Source: Dictyostelium discoideum (taxonomy: Eukaryota). From it: 64,000 bases of DNA. The translations under genes were made by a program, and so were the position numbers. The DNA lies in assembly GCA_000004695.1 (NCBI GenBank), contig CM000153.2:5386250-5450249 (forward strand), read 5' to 3'. Positions 1 through 12,573 of the stretch are shown here, in pieces. Position 1 is the first letter of the stretch. Each line of letters opens with the position of its first letter. The notes beneath the pieces are model-generated. The model made no database searches. It worked only from the letters and a program-made list of their open reading frames with translations, and was not told where the DNA came from.

Positions 1-40
1 ATTGAAAATGTGTTAGAAATTTTAATTCTATTCAAAATTT

Positions 41-80
<40 letters not shown>

Positions 81-449
81 TTTTTTTAAAATATCATGAT
101 CACATTTAAAATTTTTGTGGTTATCAAAATATCCAAAAAAATCATGTGTTTGTGTTTTGCTAAGAAAAAAAAAATTTAAAAAAAAAAATAAAAAAAATCC
201 GGTGTTTTCGGTGGTAAAAAAAAAAAAAAAAACTTGGGGAATAAAATTAATTAGAATTAATTTAAATTTAAATTAATTCGAATTTTTTTTTTTTTTTTAA
301 AAGGGCTTTGAGAAGCCAATGTTAGTGTTATTTTTATAATTGTTTTTTTTTTCCCCCCCAATAGAGTTTTTTTAAAAGGGTAAGATTTTTTTTTTTCCCT
401 TTTGTCTCCCATAGATTTTTTTTTTTTATTTTTTTTTTTTAATTTTTTC

Positions 450-490
<41 letters not shown>

Positions 491-673
491 AATAAAACTC
501 GTTAAAAATAAAGTTTTATTTTTAAAAATAAAAAAGAAATAGAAAAAGATAAAAAAAAAAAAAAAAATCGAAAAGTAAGATCACCAAAACAATCAAAACA
601 ACTACACCTTTTTTTTTTTTTTCTTTTTTTTTTTATTTTTTTTATTTTTTTGTTACAACAAATTTTTGTGAGA

Positions 674-694
674 GTGTGCGTGTGTGTGTGTGTG
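674..694. repeat. (GT)n dinucleotide microsatellite in intergenic AT-rich DNA
   Basis: The run gtgtgcgtgtgtgtgtgtgtgtg is read directly from the sequence. Confidence 0.8.
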
Positions 695-1105
695 TTTTTT
701 TGTGGGTATAATAGTTTACTTTTTGATAATAAAACAATTGTTTTGTTTTTAATCTAATTTTTTTTTTTTTTTTTTTTTTGTTAATTGATTGATCAATAAT
801 TATTGTGTTTTTTTATTATTTTATTTTATTTTATTTTTTTATAAAAATATTTTATTTTATTTTTAAAATAACTTTTACTTTCACAAATATCAATCATTTT
901 CCAAAATTTTTCATACAAACCAAAAACAATAACAAATAATAGATATAAAAAATAAATTAAAAATTTATAATGTATGTGTTTAATAAAAAATTTATTATAT
1001 CATTTTTTCTTTTTTTTTTATAATTATAATTTCATTATTATCATCATATTAATGTTAACAACGATTCAATGACAATAACAACCACACACCAACACTATAA
1101 TAATT

Positions 1106-1106
<1 letters not shown>

Positions 1107-1196
<90 letters not shown>

Positions 1197-1208
1197 TAAT
1201 AATAATAA
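1107..1208. repeat. (AAT)n trinucleotide microsatellite (~33 units), non-coding
   Basis: Uninterrupted aat repeats. The only ORFs here are low-complexity poly-N/poly-L on either strand, with no flanking coding signal. Confidence 0.85.
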
Positions 1209-1850
1209 AAAAAAAAAGAAACCCGTTTTTAATTCAATGATATTGTTCAAGATAATAATAGCAATAATAAACCCACACATAAATAATAAAAAAAAAAAAT
1301 AAATAAATAAAAAAAAAAAAATGATCATTAATTATGTCTATATTATGGCTATAAATGGATTTTTAACACCTTAGTGTGAAAACACATTATAAAAGAATTA
1401 AAATTATAATTTTAATTATTTTTTATTTATATTTTTAATTGTTAAAGAACTTACTAAAAATAAACGTATTTTTCCTCAAATAAAAATAAAAATAAAAATA
1501 ATAATAATAATAAATAGCATTAAAAAAAAAAAAAACAAATAAAAATAAATAACATAAAAAAAAAAAAAAAAATACATTTCTAAATCTTTAAATTTCCTAT
1601 TTTTATAAAGATAACATAAAACTAATTTTTTTTTATTTTAACTTTAAAATTTTAAATTTTAAATAATTTTTTATACCAAATGAGTTATACAATAAAAAAA
1701 AAGTAAAAGAAAGGAAGAAAGATAGAATAAAAAAATAAAATAAAAAAATAAAATAAATAAAATAAAATAAAATAAAATAAAATAAAATTAAATTAAATAA
1801 AATAAAATAAAATAAAATAAAATAATTAATAATTAATAAAAAATAAAAAA

Positions 1851-4800
1851 ATGATAAATAATAAAATTTTAATAGCAATATTAATTTTAATATTATTAAT
1901 TAAATTATCAAATTCATTATGTATACCAATATTAGGTGGTATATGTATTTTGGAAGGACCATTATTACTTGATGTTAGTCAATTATTTTCAAGTCTTGAT
2001 TTAAAAAGTAATCCATTATCAATTCTTGGATCAATAATAACGATAACTGGTAAATTAACATGTGATTCAACTATATCATTATTAGGTGGTACATTAGTAT
2101 TACAAGGTTTAATTGAAATTAAAGCTGGATGTGTATTTAAAATTGGCAATGAAACTGTAATTGAAACTTCATCATCACTATTGTCAATGCCATTGTTATC
2201 AGTTGAATTTTTAAATTCAAATGGTAATTCATCATTAACATTTAAAAGTTCAAATAGTAATTCAGCATTGGATTTACAATTCTTTTCATTAAATGGTACA
2301 GAAACACCAAAATTTATATTTAATTCAAATAATGTTTCAATTTCAACATCGTTTTTACATTTACCAATTTCAAGAATTGGTAAAGCTATAGTTAATATGG
2401 GTAATAAAATTGGTAGTAAATTAGAGATTAGTAATGATTTTAAATTTGATAGTTTATTAATACAAAATTCAATCTCACAATTATTATTACCCGATCAAAT
2501 CGATATTAGTACATTAACATTAACAAATGTTAACAATGTATTAGGTTTATCAAATTTATCACCAACAATTACAAATTTATATACTCAATTAAATTTAATA
2601 CTTGATTCAACAAATATATCATTTAATAAAAAAGTTTTTTTAAAGTCAATAAATTCAATTTCAAGTAATTTAAATTTTTTAAATTCAAATATTATAATTG
2701 GTGTTAATAATGGTAATATAATAAATTCAATGATTCAATTTAATGGTAATGAAAATAATCAAATTTTAGATTTATTTGGTAATTTAAATTTAGTTTCAAC
2801 AATTTCACCAATTATAAATTCAATTCAACAATTAGTTACAAGTTCAACCAATAATAATAATAATGGTATAATTAGATTAAATAATGGTTTAATTAATTCA
2901 AATTTAATAATTGGTAATGATTCAAGTTTAATTTATAAATTAAATTGTCAATTAATCGGTGGTACAATTGGTGGTACAATTAATTCAATTGGTGGTTTAT
3001 TTTTACCAAATCAATTAAATTTATTAGAAAAATTAAATTTAAATTTAAAAAGTTTATTAATTGATTCTGGTCAAATTTTATTAAATAATTCAATTTTAAA
3101 TATTAAAGATTCAATTGGTTTCAATAACAATGTAATTGGTACAATGAATTTAACAAATAGTTTATTAGAATTAGGTGGTAACATTTTTAATAATACTTCA
3201 AATTCATTTAAAGATTTATTATTAATAAATGTTAAATTATCAGCAAATAATTTAATTTTAAATATTGCAAATAATATTATTCTACCAAATCGTATTTCAT
3301 TAGGTATTGGTTCAACTTTACACTTTGTAAATGGTATTGAAAATGATTTAAAATTTCAAACAACTTTAGATTTAAATTTATTAAATTCAATTTTAAATAC
3401 AAATTTTGTTTTTGTAATTTCAACATCATCTTTAATATTTTGTAATGGTCAATCACCACCAACTATGATACAATTACATGGTAGTTCAACTTCAACCTAT
3501 CAATTTATGTGTGATAATAATATGATTGTAATGAGATTAACCAATTGTTTTGGTGGTTATATTTGTCCTTCAAATGATCAATGTGTATCAAATGAATCAC
3601 AATGTTCATCAATTGATGATCAATCGGCAGTATTACCAGCTTGTAATGTAAATGAAATTCGTTGTTTATCAGGTTGTCATTCAAATATTGATTATTGTAA
3701 TAATACTCAATGTATAAGTGAGGGTGGTACAATTGAATGTTTATCACCAACCACTGCCAAAAGTTTAAAATATAATGGTTGTCCATTTAATTATTTTCAA
3801 TGTGGTGATGGTTCTTGTCATTTAAATAAATTGGATTGTTGTGTTGTTGGTATAAATTGTACTCAATCTTTATTGGTTTCAACATTTGTTAAACCAGAAT
3901 TATCGTACTCTCCAATTCATACTTTAAAAGATATGAAAGTTCCAATCATTTCAAAATCGAAATCAACTGGAATTTTAGATATTTATGGTTACGTTTCAAT
4001 GCCAAGTGGTTTCTTAACTATAAATTCACTAAGTAAATTAAAAATAACCTATAAAGATGATTCTTATTTAGATTCAGTAAATGGTGATGAAATTTGGGGT
4101 ATTGATTCAAATATATCTCAATATAGACAGTCTGCAATTAGTATGATATTCGATATTTCAATCGATACAATTCCAAATCCAATTTTTAATCATAATATAA
4201 CATTTGAATTAAAAGTTAATAATCTTCAACTTTTAAATTTATCAAATTATTGTCTTTACTATATTAATACTACTCAAAATAAATGGAATTGTGAAACTAG
4301 TTCAACTATTTCAATATCTCCAAGAAATACTTTGTTAGTTACAACTCCTCATTTCACTGATTTTGGTGTTTTACTTAATAATTATAAACCTCAAACAACT
4401 CGTCCACCTGCTGGTGGTGGTACTTGGACAAATCCAACATTTACAACAACTGGTACTACAACTGGTACTACTACTGCAACTACAACTGCAACTACTACTG
4501 CAACTACAACTGCAACTACAACTGCAACAGGTAGTTCAAATCCTACTACAACAACAACTACTAATCAACAAACAACAACAACAACAATTTCTCAAACCAC
4601 CAATGGAGGTGATGGATCATCAATTGATACAACAACTGGGGGATCATCAAATCCTACTACTACTGGTACTACAACTGCAACAACTTCAGGTACTACAACT
4701 GCTACAACTACTGCTACAACTACTGCAACAACAACTGCAACAACAACTGCAACAACAACTGCAACAACAACTGCAACAACAACTGCAACAACAACTGCAA

Positions 4801-5027
4801 CAACAGGTGTAACATTAACAGAAGAACCAATATCAGATGAAGAAGATAGTAATAAAAATACAATTATAATGTCAACAACAATATCAGGTGGTGCATTAGT
4901 TATAGCTGGTGTATCATCTTATTTTATAAATAAAAGAATAAGACATGGTCGTGTAGTATATTGGTGGAAACTTAGAAAACCACCTCCCTCTCAACTTGAA
5001 TTAAGTACAACTACAACAAAAGTTTAA
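1851..5027 (+). CDS. Large type I membrane glycoprotein (1058 aa). It has a signal peptide, an Asn/Leu-rich repeat region, a Cys-rich EGF-like module, a Thr-rich mucin-like stalk, a C-terminal TM helix and a short basic tail
   Basis: Single long ORF. An A-rich tract precedes the ATG at 1851. N-terminal hydrophobic leader MINNKILIAILILILLIKLSNSLC. A Cys-dense region (CPSNDQCVSNESQCSS...CGDGSCHLNKLDCC). Tandem 9-bp ACAACTGCA units encode TTTATTTAT at 4447-4800. Hydrophobic segment GGALVIAGVSSYFI followed by KRIRHGR. Confidence 0.7.
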   Translation: MINNKILIAILILILLIKLSNSLCIPILGGICILEGPLLLDVSQLFSSLDLKSNPLSILGSIITITGKLTCDSTISLLGGTLVLQGLIEIKAGCVFKIGNETVIETSSSLLSMPLLSVEFLNSNGNSSLTFKSSNSNSALDLQFFSLNGTETPKFIFNSNNVSISTSFLHLPISRIGKAIVNMGNKIGSKLEISNDFKFDSLLIQNSISQLLLPDQIDISTLTLTNVNNVLGLSNLSPTITNLYTQLNLILDSTNISFNKKVFLKSINSISSNLNFLNSNIIIGVNNGNIINSMIQFNGNENNQILDLFGNLNLVSTISPIINSIQQLVTSSTNNNNNGIIRLNNGLINSNLIIGNDSSLIYKLNCQLIGGTIGGTINSIGGLFLPNQLNLLEKLNLNLKSLLIDSGQILLNNSILNIKDSIGFNNNVIGTMNLTNSLLELGGNIFNNTSNSFKDLLLINVKLSANNLILNIANNIILPNRISLGIGSTLHFVNGIENDLKFQTTLDLNLLNSILNTNFVFVISTSSLIFCNGQSPPTMIQLHGSSTSTYQFMCDNNMIVMRLTNCFGGYICPSNDQCVSNESQCSSIDDQSAVLPACNVNEIRCLSGCHSNIDYCNNTQCISEGGTIECLSPTTAKSLKYNGCPFNYFQCGDGSCHLNKLDCCVVGINCTQSLLVSTFVKPELSYSPIHTLKDMKVPIISKSKSTGILDIYGYVSMPSGFLTINSLSKLKITYKDDSYLDSVNGDEIWGIDSNISQYRQSAISMIFDISIDTIPNPIFNHNITFELKVNNLQLLNLSNYCLYYINTTQNKWNCETSSTISISPRNTLLVTTPHFTDFGVLLNNYKPQTTRPPAGGGTWTNPTFTTTGTTTGTTTATTTATTTATTTATTTATGSSNPTTTTTTNQQTTTTTISQTTNGGDGSSIDTTTGGSSNPTTTGTTTATTSGTTTATTTATTTATTTATTTATTTATTTATTTATTTATTGVTLTEEPISDEEDSNKNTIIMSTTISGGALVIAGVSSYFINKRIRHGRVVYWWKLRKPPPSQLELSTTTTKV
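4447..4800 (+). repeat. Coding tandem repeat (9-bp unit ACT/ACA ACT GCA) encoding a poly-Thr/Ala mucin-like stalk
   Basis: The periodic actgcaaca units are visible in the sequence. They translate to TTTATTTATTTA. Confidence 0.8.
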
Positions 5028-5354
5028 AAAAAAATAATGATAATAATAATAATACATATATATACCAAAAAATTAATATCTATTTATTATACAAAATTAA
5101 AACATTGTAAATAAACAAAATTATAAACTCGATAAAATTTTAATTATTTTTCCTATAATTTTAGGTCGGTAAATAAATATCCAATTTTTTTTTCATTTAA
5201 TTTAATTTTTAGGTTTTTTTCAACCTACGTTTTTTTTTTTTTTTTTTTTTTGAAAAGTGACCAGAAAATTTTCACAAAAGCTCGAATACCAAACTAAAGT
5301 TTTTCCCACTCTTTGATTATATTAAAAAAAAAAAAAAAAAAAAATTATGTTAAT

Positions 5355-5388
<34 letters not shown>

Positions 5389-5421
5389 CATTTTAAATTA
5401 TGATATATATATTTTTTAAAA

Positions 5422-7014
5422 ATGAATAATTATTATTATATTTTAATATTTTTATTATTTATAAATTTATTAATTGTTAAAGGTGATGATGTTCAATGTA
5501 ATACATTTGTAAATTCACAATCAAATATGGATCCAAGTGAATGTGGTTCTTCATCAAATAATGCATGTTCAAATATTTCACAATCAATTTTAAATTGTGG
5601 TGAATTTAATGAAATTATAATTACAATTAGTCCAGGAAATTATTCAATTAATAGTGAAACATTTGGACCAATTACAAATAAGAAAATTACAATTTTAAAT
5701 TCTGATCAACCAATTATTCAACCATCAGTTATTATTAATTTATCAAAATCAGTTTCTCCATTTATTAGATATATTCCAACAACTATTGATGATACATTAA
5801 CAGTATCATTAAATGGTATAACATTTGAAAATGGTATTCAAAGAGGATCAGTATTATTAAATAATGGATCTGGTATAATTAATTTATCAGTTGTAAATTG
5901 TGCATTCATTAATATGTTGGATTCAAGTTATGGTAGTACATTTTCATTCACTAATAGTAGTAGTTTAACAACACCAACAACAATTGGTATTGTTTCAATT
6001 AGTAAATCAACTTTTTCAAATTCAAATTCAAATCAAATGGGTGGTTTTATTTATAGTATTAATTTACCAATTCAATTTACAATTGATCAAAGTAGTTTTT
6101 TAGGTCAAAATATTAGTGGTACTGGTATTAGTGTTGCAATTTTAAATGGATACTTGTCAGTTTCAAATACAATCGTTAAAGGACTCTATACAAAATATCC
6201 ATTCTATTTACAAAGAAATAATGGTATTAAATCAGCAATGACAACTTTTACATTTAATAATGTTACATTTAAAGATTTAACCGAAGGTTTTGCTATAATG
6301 ATAACTGGTGATAAAACAACATCAACTGAAATTAAGAATTGTACATTCACCAACACTGTTAATATTTCACCAATTTTCATTCAAGGTATTTCTCAAGCAA
6401 ATATTCAGTCATGTACTTTCACTAATAATACAAATACACTTTCACTATTAAATAGTGCAGGTGGTATTTCAATTGAATCAACCACTGCAACTATTAATGA
6501 TTGTGTTTTCTTAAATAATAAAGCAAGACTAGGTGGTGCAATTTCAACAAGTTATTGTGATCTTCAAGGCGTTACAATTACAAATTCAACATTCCAAGGT
6601 AATAGTGCTCAGTATTTTGGTGGTTCAATTTATAATGTCAATTGTAATACTACATTTAAAAATGTTGATTTCTCAAGTTTAGTTACAAATATTTCAACAG
6701 TTTATTGTTCAGCTTCAAATATGATATTCTCTTCTTCAAATTTCACAGATTCTGGTAAAGAAATAAATGATTTAAGTAATCTTGGTATTATTTGTAATTC
6801 AAATCCTTGTGCTATTACAATTGATTCAAAACCATCAATTCAATGTCAATATAATGAAAATGATTCAAATGATAATAAAGGTGGTTTATCAACTGGTCAA
6901 AAAATTTTAATTGCTTTCGGTGTAGTTATTGGTTTAATAATTATAATTATAATTATTGTTATTATTGTTAGAAAAGTTAAAAAAAATAGAGAATATAAAC
7001 CATTTGGTTATTAA
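5422..7014 (+). CDS. Secreted/membrane protein (530 aa) with parallel beta-helix-like repeats (GGxI/S, NxTF motifs; pectin-lyase or Pmp-like fold), a C-terminal TM helix and a short cytoplasmic tail
   Basis: ORF with signal peptide MNNYYYILIFLLFINLLIVKG. Repeated motifs NCTFTN / GGAIS / GGSIYN / TITNSTF. C-terminal [22 protein letters not shown] then RKVKKNREYKPFGY. Confidence 0.6.
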   Translation: MNNYYYILIFLLFINLLIVKGDDVQCNTFVNSQSNMDPSECGSSSNNACSNISQSILNCGEFNEIIITISPGNYSINSETFGPITNKKITILNSDQPIIQPSVIINLSKSVSPFIRYIPTTIDDTLTVSLNGITFENGIQRGSVLLNNGSGIINLSVVNCAFINMLDSSYGSTFSFTNSSSLTTPTTIGIVSISKSTFSNSNSNQMGGFIYSINLPIQFTIDQSSFLGQNISGTGISVAILNGYLSVSNTIVKGLYTKYPFYLQRNNGIKSAMTTFTFNNVTFKDLTEGFAIMITGDKTTSTEIKNCTFTNTVNISPIFIQGISQANIQSCTFTNNTNTLSLLNSAGGISIESTTATINDCVFLNNKARLGGAISTSYCDLQGVTITNSTFQGNSAQYFGGSIYNVNCNTTFKNVDFSSLVTNISTVYCSASNMIFSSSNFTDSGKEINDLSNLGIICNSNPCAITIDSKPSIQCQYNENDSNDNKGGLSTGQKILIAFGVVIGLIIIIIIIVIIVRKVKKNREYKPFGY

Positions 7015-7548
7015 AAAAAAAAAAAACAAATAAAAATAAATTATTATAAAATATAATATTTTTTTTTTATTTAACTAAAATTCTATTTAATATTTTATTT
7101 ATTTTTAGTTATATTTAAAACAAAACAAAGTTATTTAATTTAAATATTAAATTACTACTTTATTACTAACTTAATTAATTTTATTATAATAATATTTTTT
7201 AATTACAATTAAAAAAAAAAAAATAATAAATAAAATGAAATAAGATAAATAAAATTTAATTTAAACAATCCAAAAGGATTGATTGTTTAATAATCTTAAA
7301 ATATTAATTTCATAAAGTTTTAGATTTTACAAACTAGGTACTGGTCTTTAAAAGACTTTAGATTTAAATAATTTAATTTTAAAAAAAAAAATAAAATTAA
7401 ATAAAAATAATATATATAAAAAAAATTTTTTTTAAAAAATTATTATTATTATTTAGATAAACCAAAAGAATTTATTGAAAAATGTAATATTACAAGATTA
7501 CTATAAAAATATCTTGTTAATAATATTTTATTTTAATTTTTATTTTTT

Positions 7549-8478
7549 TTATAAATTTAATTCATTACTAATTGAAAGTAATTCACAAGTTTTTTCCCAT
7601 AAAAGTTTAGAATTTTCAAGATTTGAAGCAAATGGTGAAGGTGAAATTTCTTTTGAAATTGAAAAATATTTACCAGAATGATTTGAATTATTTTCAATTA
7701 AATTAACAATTCCATTGATTGTATCTTCAGTTTTTGAACCATAACCAAAAAAGAATATTGGTGCAATGATATGTCTAGTGAACCAACTTAAATCTCTATT
7801 TATTGGAGTTCTTAAATAACCAGGATGAAGTGAATTCACTCTAATATTATTATTCTTTAAATTATCCAATCTATTATGTAATTCCATTGAAAATAAAAGA
7901 TTACATAATTTTGATTTTGAATATTCTCTAAGAGTATCAAAATTTGAAGAATCATTATCTGTTAATAATAATTTATCAAAATTTAATGGTTCACGTTGAT
8001 GAAATTCCGAACTTAATATTACAATATTTCCAAAGTCTTCATTGTTTGAACTTGCACCATTTGAATTTTCATAATTTGAAGAGTTTTTAAAATTTTTTAA
8101 TAATAATAATGTCAATAGTGATGTACCTAAATGATTTACACCAATTGTTGATTCAAAACCATCGACTGTTTTTATAAATCTTGGTTGCATTATACCAGCA
8201 TTATTTACTAATATATCTAAATGTGGTAAATTTAATTGATTGAAATTTTTTACAAAATTTCTTATCGATTCAAATGATGATAAATCCATTTCCATTAAAG
8301 TTATATCAACTTTTTCATTAATTTCTTTTAATTGTTTTTTTAATAATTCTCCTTTTTCTAAATTTCTAACTGGTAATATAAATTTATAATTTTCACATTT
8401 TTCTCTTACCAAATGATTAATTACTAATAATCCAATACCATCTGTACTACCTGTGAAAATTATAACTTTTTTTTCCAT
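7549..8478 (-). CDS. Short-chain dehydrogenase/reductase (SDR) family oxidoreductase, retinol-dehydrogenase/WWOX-like, 309 aa
   Basis: N-terminal Rossmann motif VIIFTGSTDGIGLLV (TGxxxGIG). NNAG motif (LVNNAGIM). Catalytic YSKSKLCNLLF (YxxxK). This is a single exon. Confidence 0.85.
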   Translation of the reverse strand: MEKKVIIFTGSTDGIGLLVINHLVREKCENYKFILPVRNLEKGELLKKQLKEINEKVDITLMEMDLSSFESIRNFVKNFNQLNLPHLDILVNNAGIMQPRFIKTVDGFESTIGVNHLGTSLLTLLLLKNFKNSSNYENSNGASSNNEDFGNIVILSSEFHQREPLNFDKLLLTDNDSSNFDTLREYSKSKLCNLLFSMELHNRLDNLKNNNIRVNSLHPGYLRTPINRDLSWFTRHIIAPIFFFGYGSKTEDTINGIVNLIENNSNHSGKYFSISKEISPSPFASNLENSKLLWEKTCELLSISNELNL

Positions 8479-9390
8479 TTTTATTTATTAATTTATTTTA
8501 TATATTTTATTTATAAAATTTATTTATTTTTAAAAGAAGAAGGTAAAATAGTGATTTTAGAAAAAAAAAGATAGAAGAAAAAAAAAAAAAAAGGTGATTT
8601 AAAGTATTTTTTTTTTTTTTTTTTTTAAATAGAAAAAAAAAAAAAAAATAAAAATAAATATATAATAAATAAATTGAAAAAAATAATTTAAAATAAAATA
8701 AAAATGAAATACCAATATTAATTTATATATTTATCTTTAAATTAATTAATCTTTTAAAATACAATAGATCTTTACAATATACTATTTCTGTAATAAAAAA
8801 GGTTAAAGATTTTGAAAAAAAGGATAGTCTTTTTTTATTTTTTTTTATTTTTTTTTTATTTTTTTTTTATTTTTTTACTTACAAGAAATTTAACTAAAAA
8901 CAAATTAGGTCATTTATAATTAAAATTTTTTATATTTAAATTAAAAAAAAACATCCCCTATATGTCATAAAAATAAAATTAACAAGAAAAAAAATTATAA
9001 AAAAGGATCGTGTGTGGTTTGTATGTGTGGTTTGGGTGTTGGTAAAATTTTATTTCTTTAATTTTAATTTTTTTAATTTATTTTAATATGATTTATTATG
9101 ATTTATTATTATTTAATTTTTAATCAAAAAAAAAAATAAAAATAAAAATAAAAAAAAAAATAAAAAAAAAAAAAAGAAATTAAAATAGTTATAACTATTT
9201 TTCAAATAAAATAATCATTATTTTTTTATTTTTTATTTTTTATTATTTTTTTTTTTATTCTTTTTGTTTTGAAATATCCGTTGATTTATTTCTAATAAAC
9301 TCAGAAAACAAAATTTTAATATTTTAATAATATAATTATATTTTTATTTTTATTTTTTTTTTTCCAAAATAAATAGTAATCTATATATAA

Positions 9391-9425
<35 letters not shown>

Positions 9426-9575
9426 AAAAATGAAAAAAATAAAAAAATATAATGAAAAATATCTGAACTAATTTTATTTTTAGTTAATCTTTTTTTTTTT
9501 AAATGAATTTATATAAATAAATTTATTTTTTTTTTTTTTTTTTTTTTTTTTCCAATTTTTTTTTTTTTTTTTTTT

Positions 9576-9612
<37 letters not shown>

Positions 9613-9743
9613 CTTAAATTGCACACGAGCAGTAACGTCAAAAAAGATATCTTTTTTTTTTTTTCTTTTAAATAAAAATAAACGAAAATAAAATAAATAA
9701 TAAAATAAATAATAAAATAAATATATATATAAATAGATAAAGG

Positions 9744-10557
9744 ATGTCTGAATTATATTCAACACCACAACCATTTTATTATGATAAAAAATCAGGATTC
9801 ACACAAGATGAATTTAAACATGCAATAGATAAATCATCAACTATTTATGTTGGTTACTTATCATTTTATACAACAGAGGAACAATTATATGAATTATTTT
9901 CAAAATGTGGTGAGATTAAAAGAATTATTATGGGTTTAGATAGAAATCAAAAAACACCATGTGGTTTTTGTTTTGTAGAGTTAGTAAAAATATATATAAA
10001 TATAAATATAAATATAATTAGTAATAATAATAATAATAATAATTAATTTAATTTAATTTAATTAAATTTAATTTAAATTTTTTAATAGATATTATTCAAA
10101 AGAAGATGCAGCAGATTGTATAAAATATATTAATGGTAGTAAATTAGATGAGAGATTAATTCGTTGTGATTGGGATTATGGATTTAAAGAGGGTAGACAA
10201 TATGGACGTGGTTTAAGTGGTGGTCAAGTTAGAGATGAATATAGAACTGATTATGATCCAGGTCGTGGTGGTTATGGTAAACAAAGACAATTTGAGATGG
10301 ATCAATTTAGTGATGTAAATGGTGGTGATATCACTTATCAACAACAAATCTTACAACTTCAACAATCACAACAACAACATCAACTATATCAACAAGCAAA
10401 TGCTGGTGGTCCTCAAAATTATTCAGGTAAAAGAAATCGTGGTGCTGATGATGATTCAGATTCTTTTAAAAGACAAAGAGATAATAATGGTTCAATTTCT
10501 GCTGGTAATACTCCAAATAAAGGTAGATTTAGAGAAAGAGATGAAGAAGATGATTAA
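9744..10557 (+). CDS. ncbp2: Nuclear cap-binding protein subunit 2 (CBP20), with an RRM plus a Q-rich and R/D-rich C-terminal tail. Two exons: join(9744..9979,10089..10557). Intron 9980..10088
   Basis: Exon 1 encodes ...[48 protein letters not shown]. Exon 2 continues [52 protein letters not shown]. Both match the conserved CBP20 RRM (RNP2 YVGNLSFY, RNP1 CGFCFVEY). Donor gttagt, acceptor aatag. The frame links to the downstream ORF 10297..10557. Confidence 0.85.
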
Positions 10558-10799
10558 ATTAAAATTTTTTAAAAAAAATAAATAATAATAATAATAATAA
10601 AAAACTGAAAAAAAAAAAAAACTGAAAAAAAAAAAAAACACACAAATTAAATTATAATACAACAGATACACACACTCCCCTTCCCCCTTACTCCCTCCCC
10701 CCCTTCCTTTTAGTTTTATGTTTTTTTTAAAAATGTATATATATATTTATTTATTTAGTTAATTTTATTTTTATAAACGAAAAAGTAATTTGTTTTGAT

Positions 10800-12533
10800 T
10801 TAATAAAATAAAGTAATAAAGATTAATAATAATAAAAATAATGATGATGTTGATAATAATTTTGAAGTTGAATTACTTGAATATTTATCTTGATCACAAA
10901 TTTTACCAGTTTTGGTTGGTAAACATTGGCATAGACCAGTGACAGGATTACAAGTACCACTATTACTACAACCTTGTGTTGTTGTATTGGTTGAAGAAGT
11001 TGGAGAAGTGGTACCATTGGAAAATGATTGACCTGGGCAAAGTGAATAGAATGAAATTGTTGAAGTATCACTATCTGGTGCTATATTATTTCTTTGACCA
11101 TCAACAGTTATAACATAAGAGATTGGATTTTGTAAAATTTCAACACCAGCTTCATAGTAACATACAATTGTTGAACTTGTAATTTCTAATACTTTACATG
11201 GTTTATCAGCGATTGTAATTGTAGTATTTGTATAATTTGCCCAATTTGTACCATAAAATGTGAAATTCAATTTATTATTAACATAAAATCCATTTGGAAC
11301 AACTGCATCAATAATTGGTTTTTGATAATGTGATTTAAATTCATTCGAATCATGATTAACATTATTCCCAACTGATCTTGAAAAAATTGAAAATGAAATT
11401 GAATCATTTAAATTTCTTTGTGGGAATTTACATTTTTTATAATAAATATTATTATTACTTGATGATGAAGTTGTTGCTTTTGTTGATGATGATGAAGAAT
11501 CTGATGTTGATGATAATGTGTCATCACCATTGTCATCATCATCAGTATTTGAATCTTTAATTAAAATTGTTGAACAATTTAATTTTGTTGATGGTGATAA
11601 ATAAATATCAGATAAGTAACTACCAGTTATATTAATTGTATCACCATTATAATTTGGAAAATCAACATTTGTAATTATTGGTGTTAAATATAATGGTAAT
11701 GTATTTGATTGTTGAGAATTTGCATTTACATAGATATTACCACTTGAAGAATCACTATTAATTTTAATTAATAAATTTGTATCGTTAATTGATAAGATAT
11801 CAGTTAACTTTGTAATGATTAATGAATCATTATTAAAATCATGGATTTCAACGAAAACTAATTTCATTGATTGTTTTGATCCAAAATTTGTACCACTAAT
11901 ATTAAGATATTGTTGAGTGGTTTTATTATTATTATCTTTAATGTCAACAACTGATAATGATTCAATATTTGGTAATTCATATTTGAATTTAATTGAATTT
12001 GATTTTTTACCACTATCAACATTTGTTAATGATATGGTTAGAGGTGTTTGGAAAAAACTTGGTGGATAGAATTTAACGGAATCAGATGCTGTTGAATTTA
12101 TATCAACATTTGAACCACCAATGGTAACAAGTAAATGAGTTGATGTTTTGTTTGTTTCTGGATTTGAATTTGCGTTGAAATAGAATCCTCTAATTGTGAT
12201 TTCAATTGATGATGTTGGTATTACTTTTGGATCCATACTTGAAATATATGGTGATAATACAACTGTGGTTATATCAATTACATTTGTACCTTCTTCTTTA
12301 TCATACACCAAGAATCCACCATTAATTGATTTGGCTGGTGGGAAACATGTCAATATTGTAGTATTAATTGAACATAGTTGAGTAATATCACCAATATTTG
12401 AAAAGGAAATTGTATATTTGTCAATGGTTTTATCAAATTCTCCAGTAACTATTATTTTTTCATTTGTTTGACTATAACCACATTTTGATAATATTATTGA
12501 ATTTATTATTAAAAATAATAATAATAATAATTT

Positions 12534-12536
<3 letters not shown>
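10800..12536 (-). CDS. Cell-surface glycoprotein (about 578 aa) with a signal peptide, beta-rich ectodomain, C-terminal EGF-like Cys module and hydrophobic C-terminus (probable GPI anchor)
   Basis: The ORF track start at 12614 lies in a poly(A) leader read-through. The likely true ATG is the second Met (MKLLLLLFLIINSIILSKC) at 12536. EGF-like GCSNSGTCNPVTGLCQCLPTKTGKICDQ. Ser-rich omega region then LFLLLLIFITLFY at the end. Confidence 0.6.

Positions 12537-12573
<37 letters not shown>

Noticed and set aside
1069-1878. ORF-track entries 1069..1302(+), 1095..1328(-) and 1633..1878(-), encoding poly-N / poly-L / poly-F peptides
   Set aside because: They are translations of the (AAT)n and (AAAT/AATAA)n microsatellites on both strands. 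They have no start context and no non-repetitive segment, and they lie directly upstream of the real gene at 1851.
3277-4812. Antisense and alternate-frame ORFs inside the 1851..5027 gene (3277..3462-, 3505..3786-, 4363..4812+ poly-Q/L)
   Set aside because: They overlap a much longer, better-supported frame. The 4363 ORF is merely the Thr-repeat read in another frame (CAA/CAG as Q, L). Similar nested ORFs at 11378, 12196, 22050, 22591, 25827, 25887, 26882, 27893, 28005, 28622, 35049, 35150, 35325, 37403, 51572, 52006, 53545 and 58767 were rejected for the same reason.
7475-7681. 68-aa ORF on + strand overlapping the 3' end of the SDR gene
   Set aside because: It is antisense to a well-supported SDR C-terminus and mostly AT-rich downstream sequence.
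9523-9774. 83-aa ORF rich in K and F on the minus strand
   Set aside because: It is a translation of the poly(T)/poly(A) promoter-region homopolymers upstream of CBP20. It is not coding.
10319-10585. 88-aa ORF overlapping CBP20 exon 2 in another frame
   Set aside because: The CBP20 frame (10297..10557) is continuous with the conserved RRM exon through a validated splice. The alternative frame gives a low-complexity I/K/L peptide.
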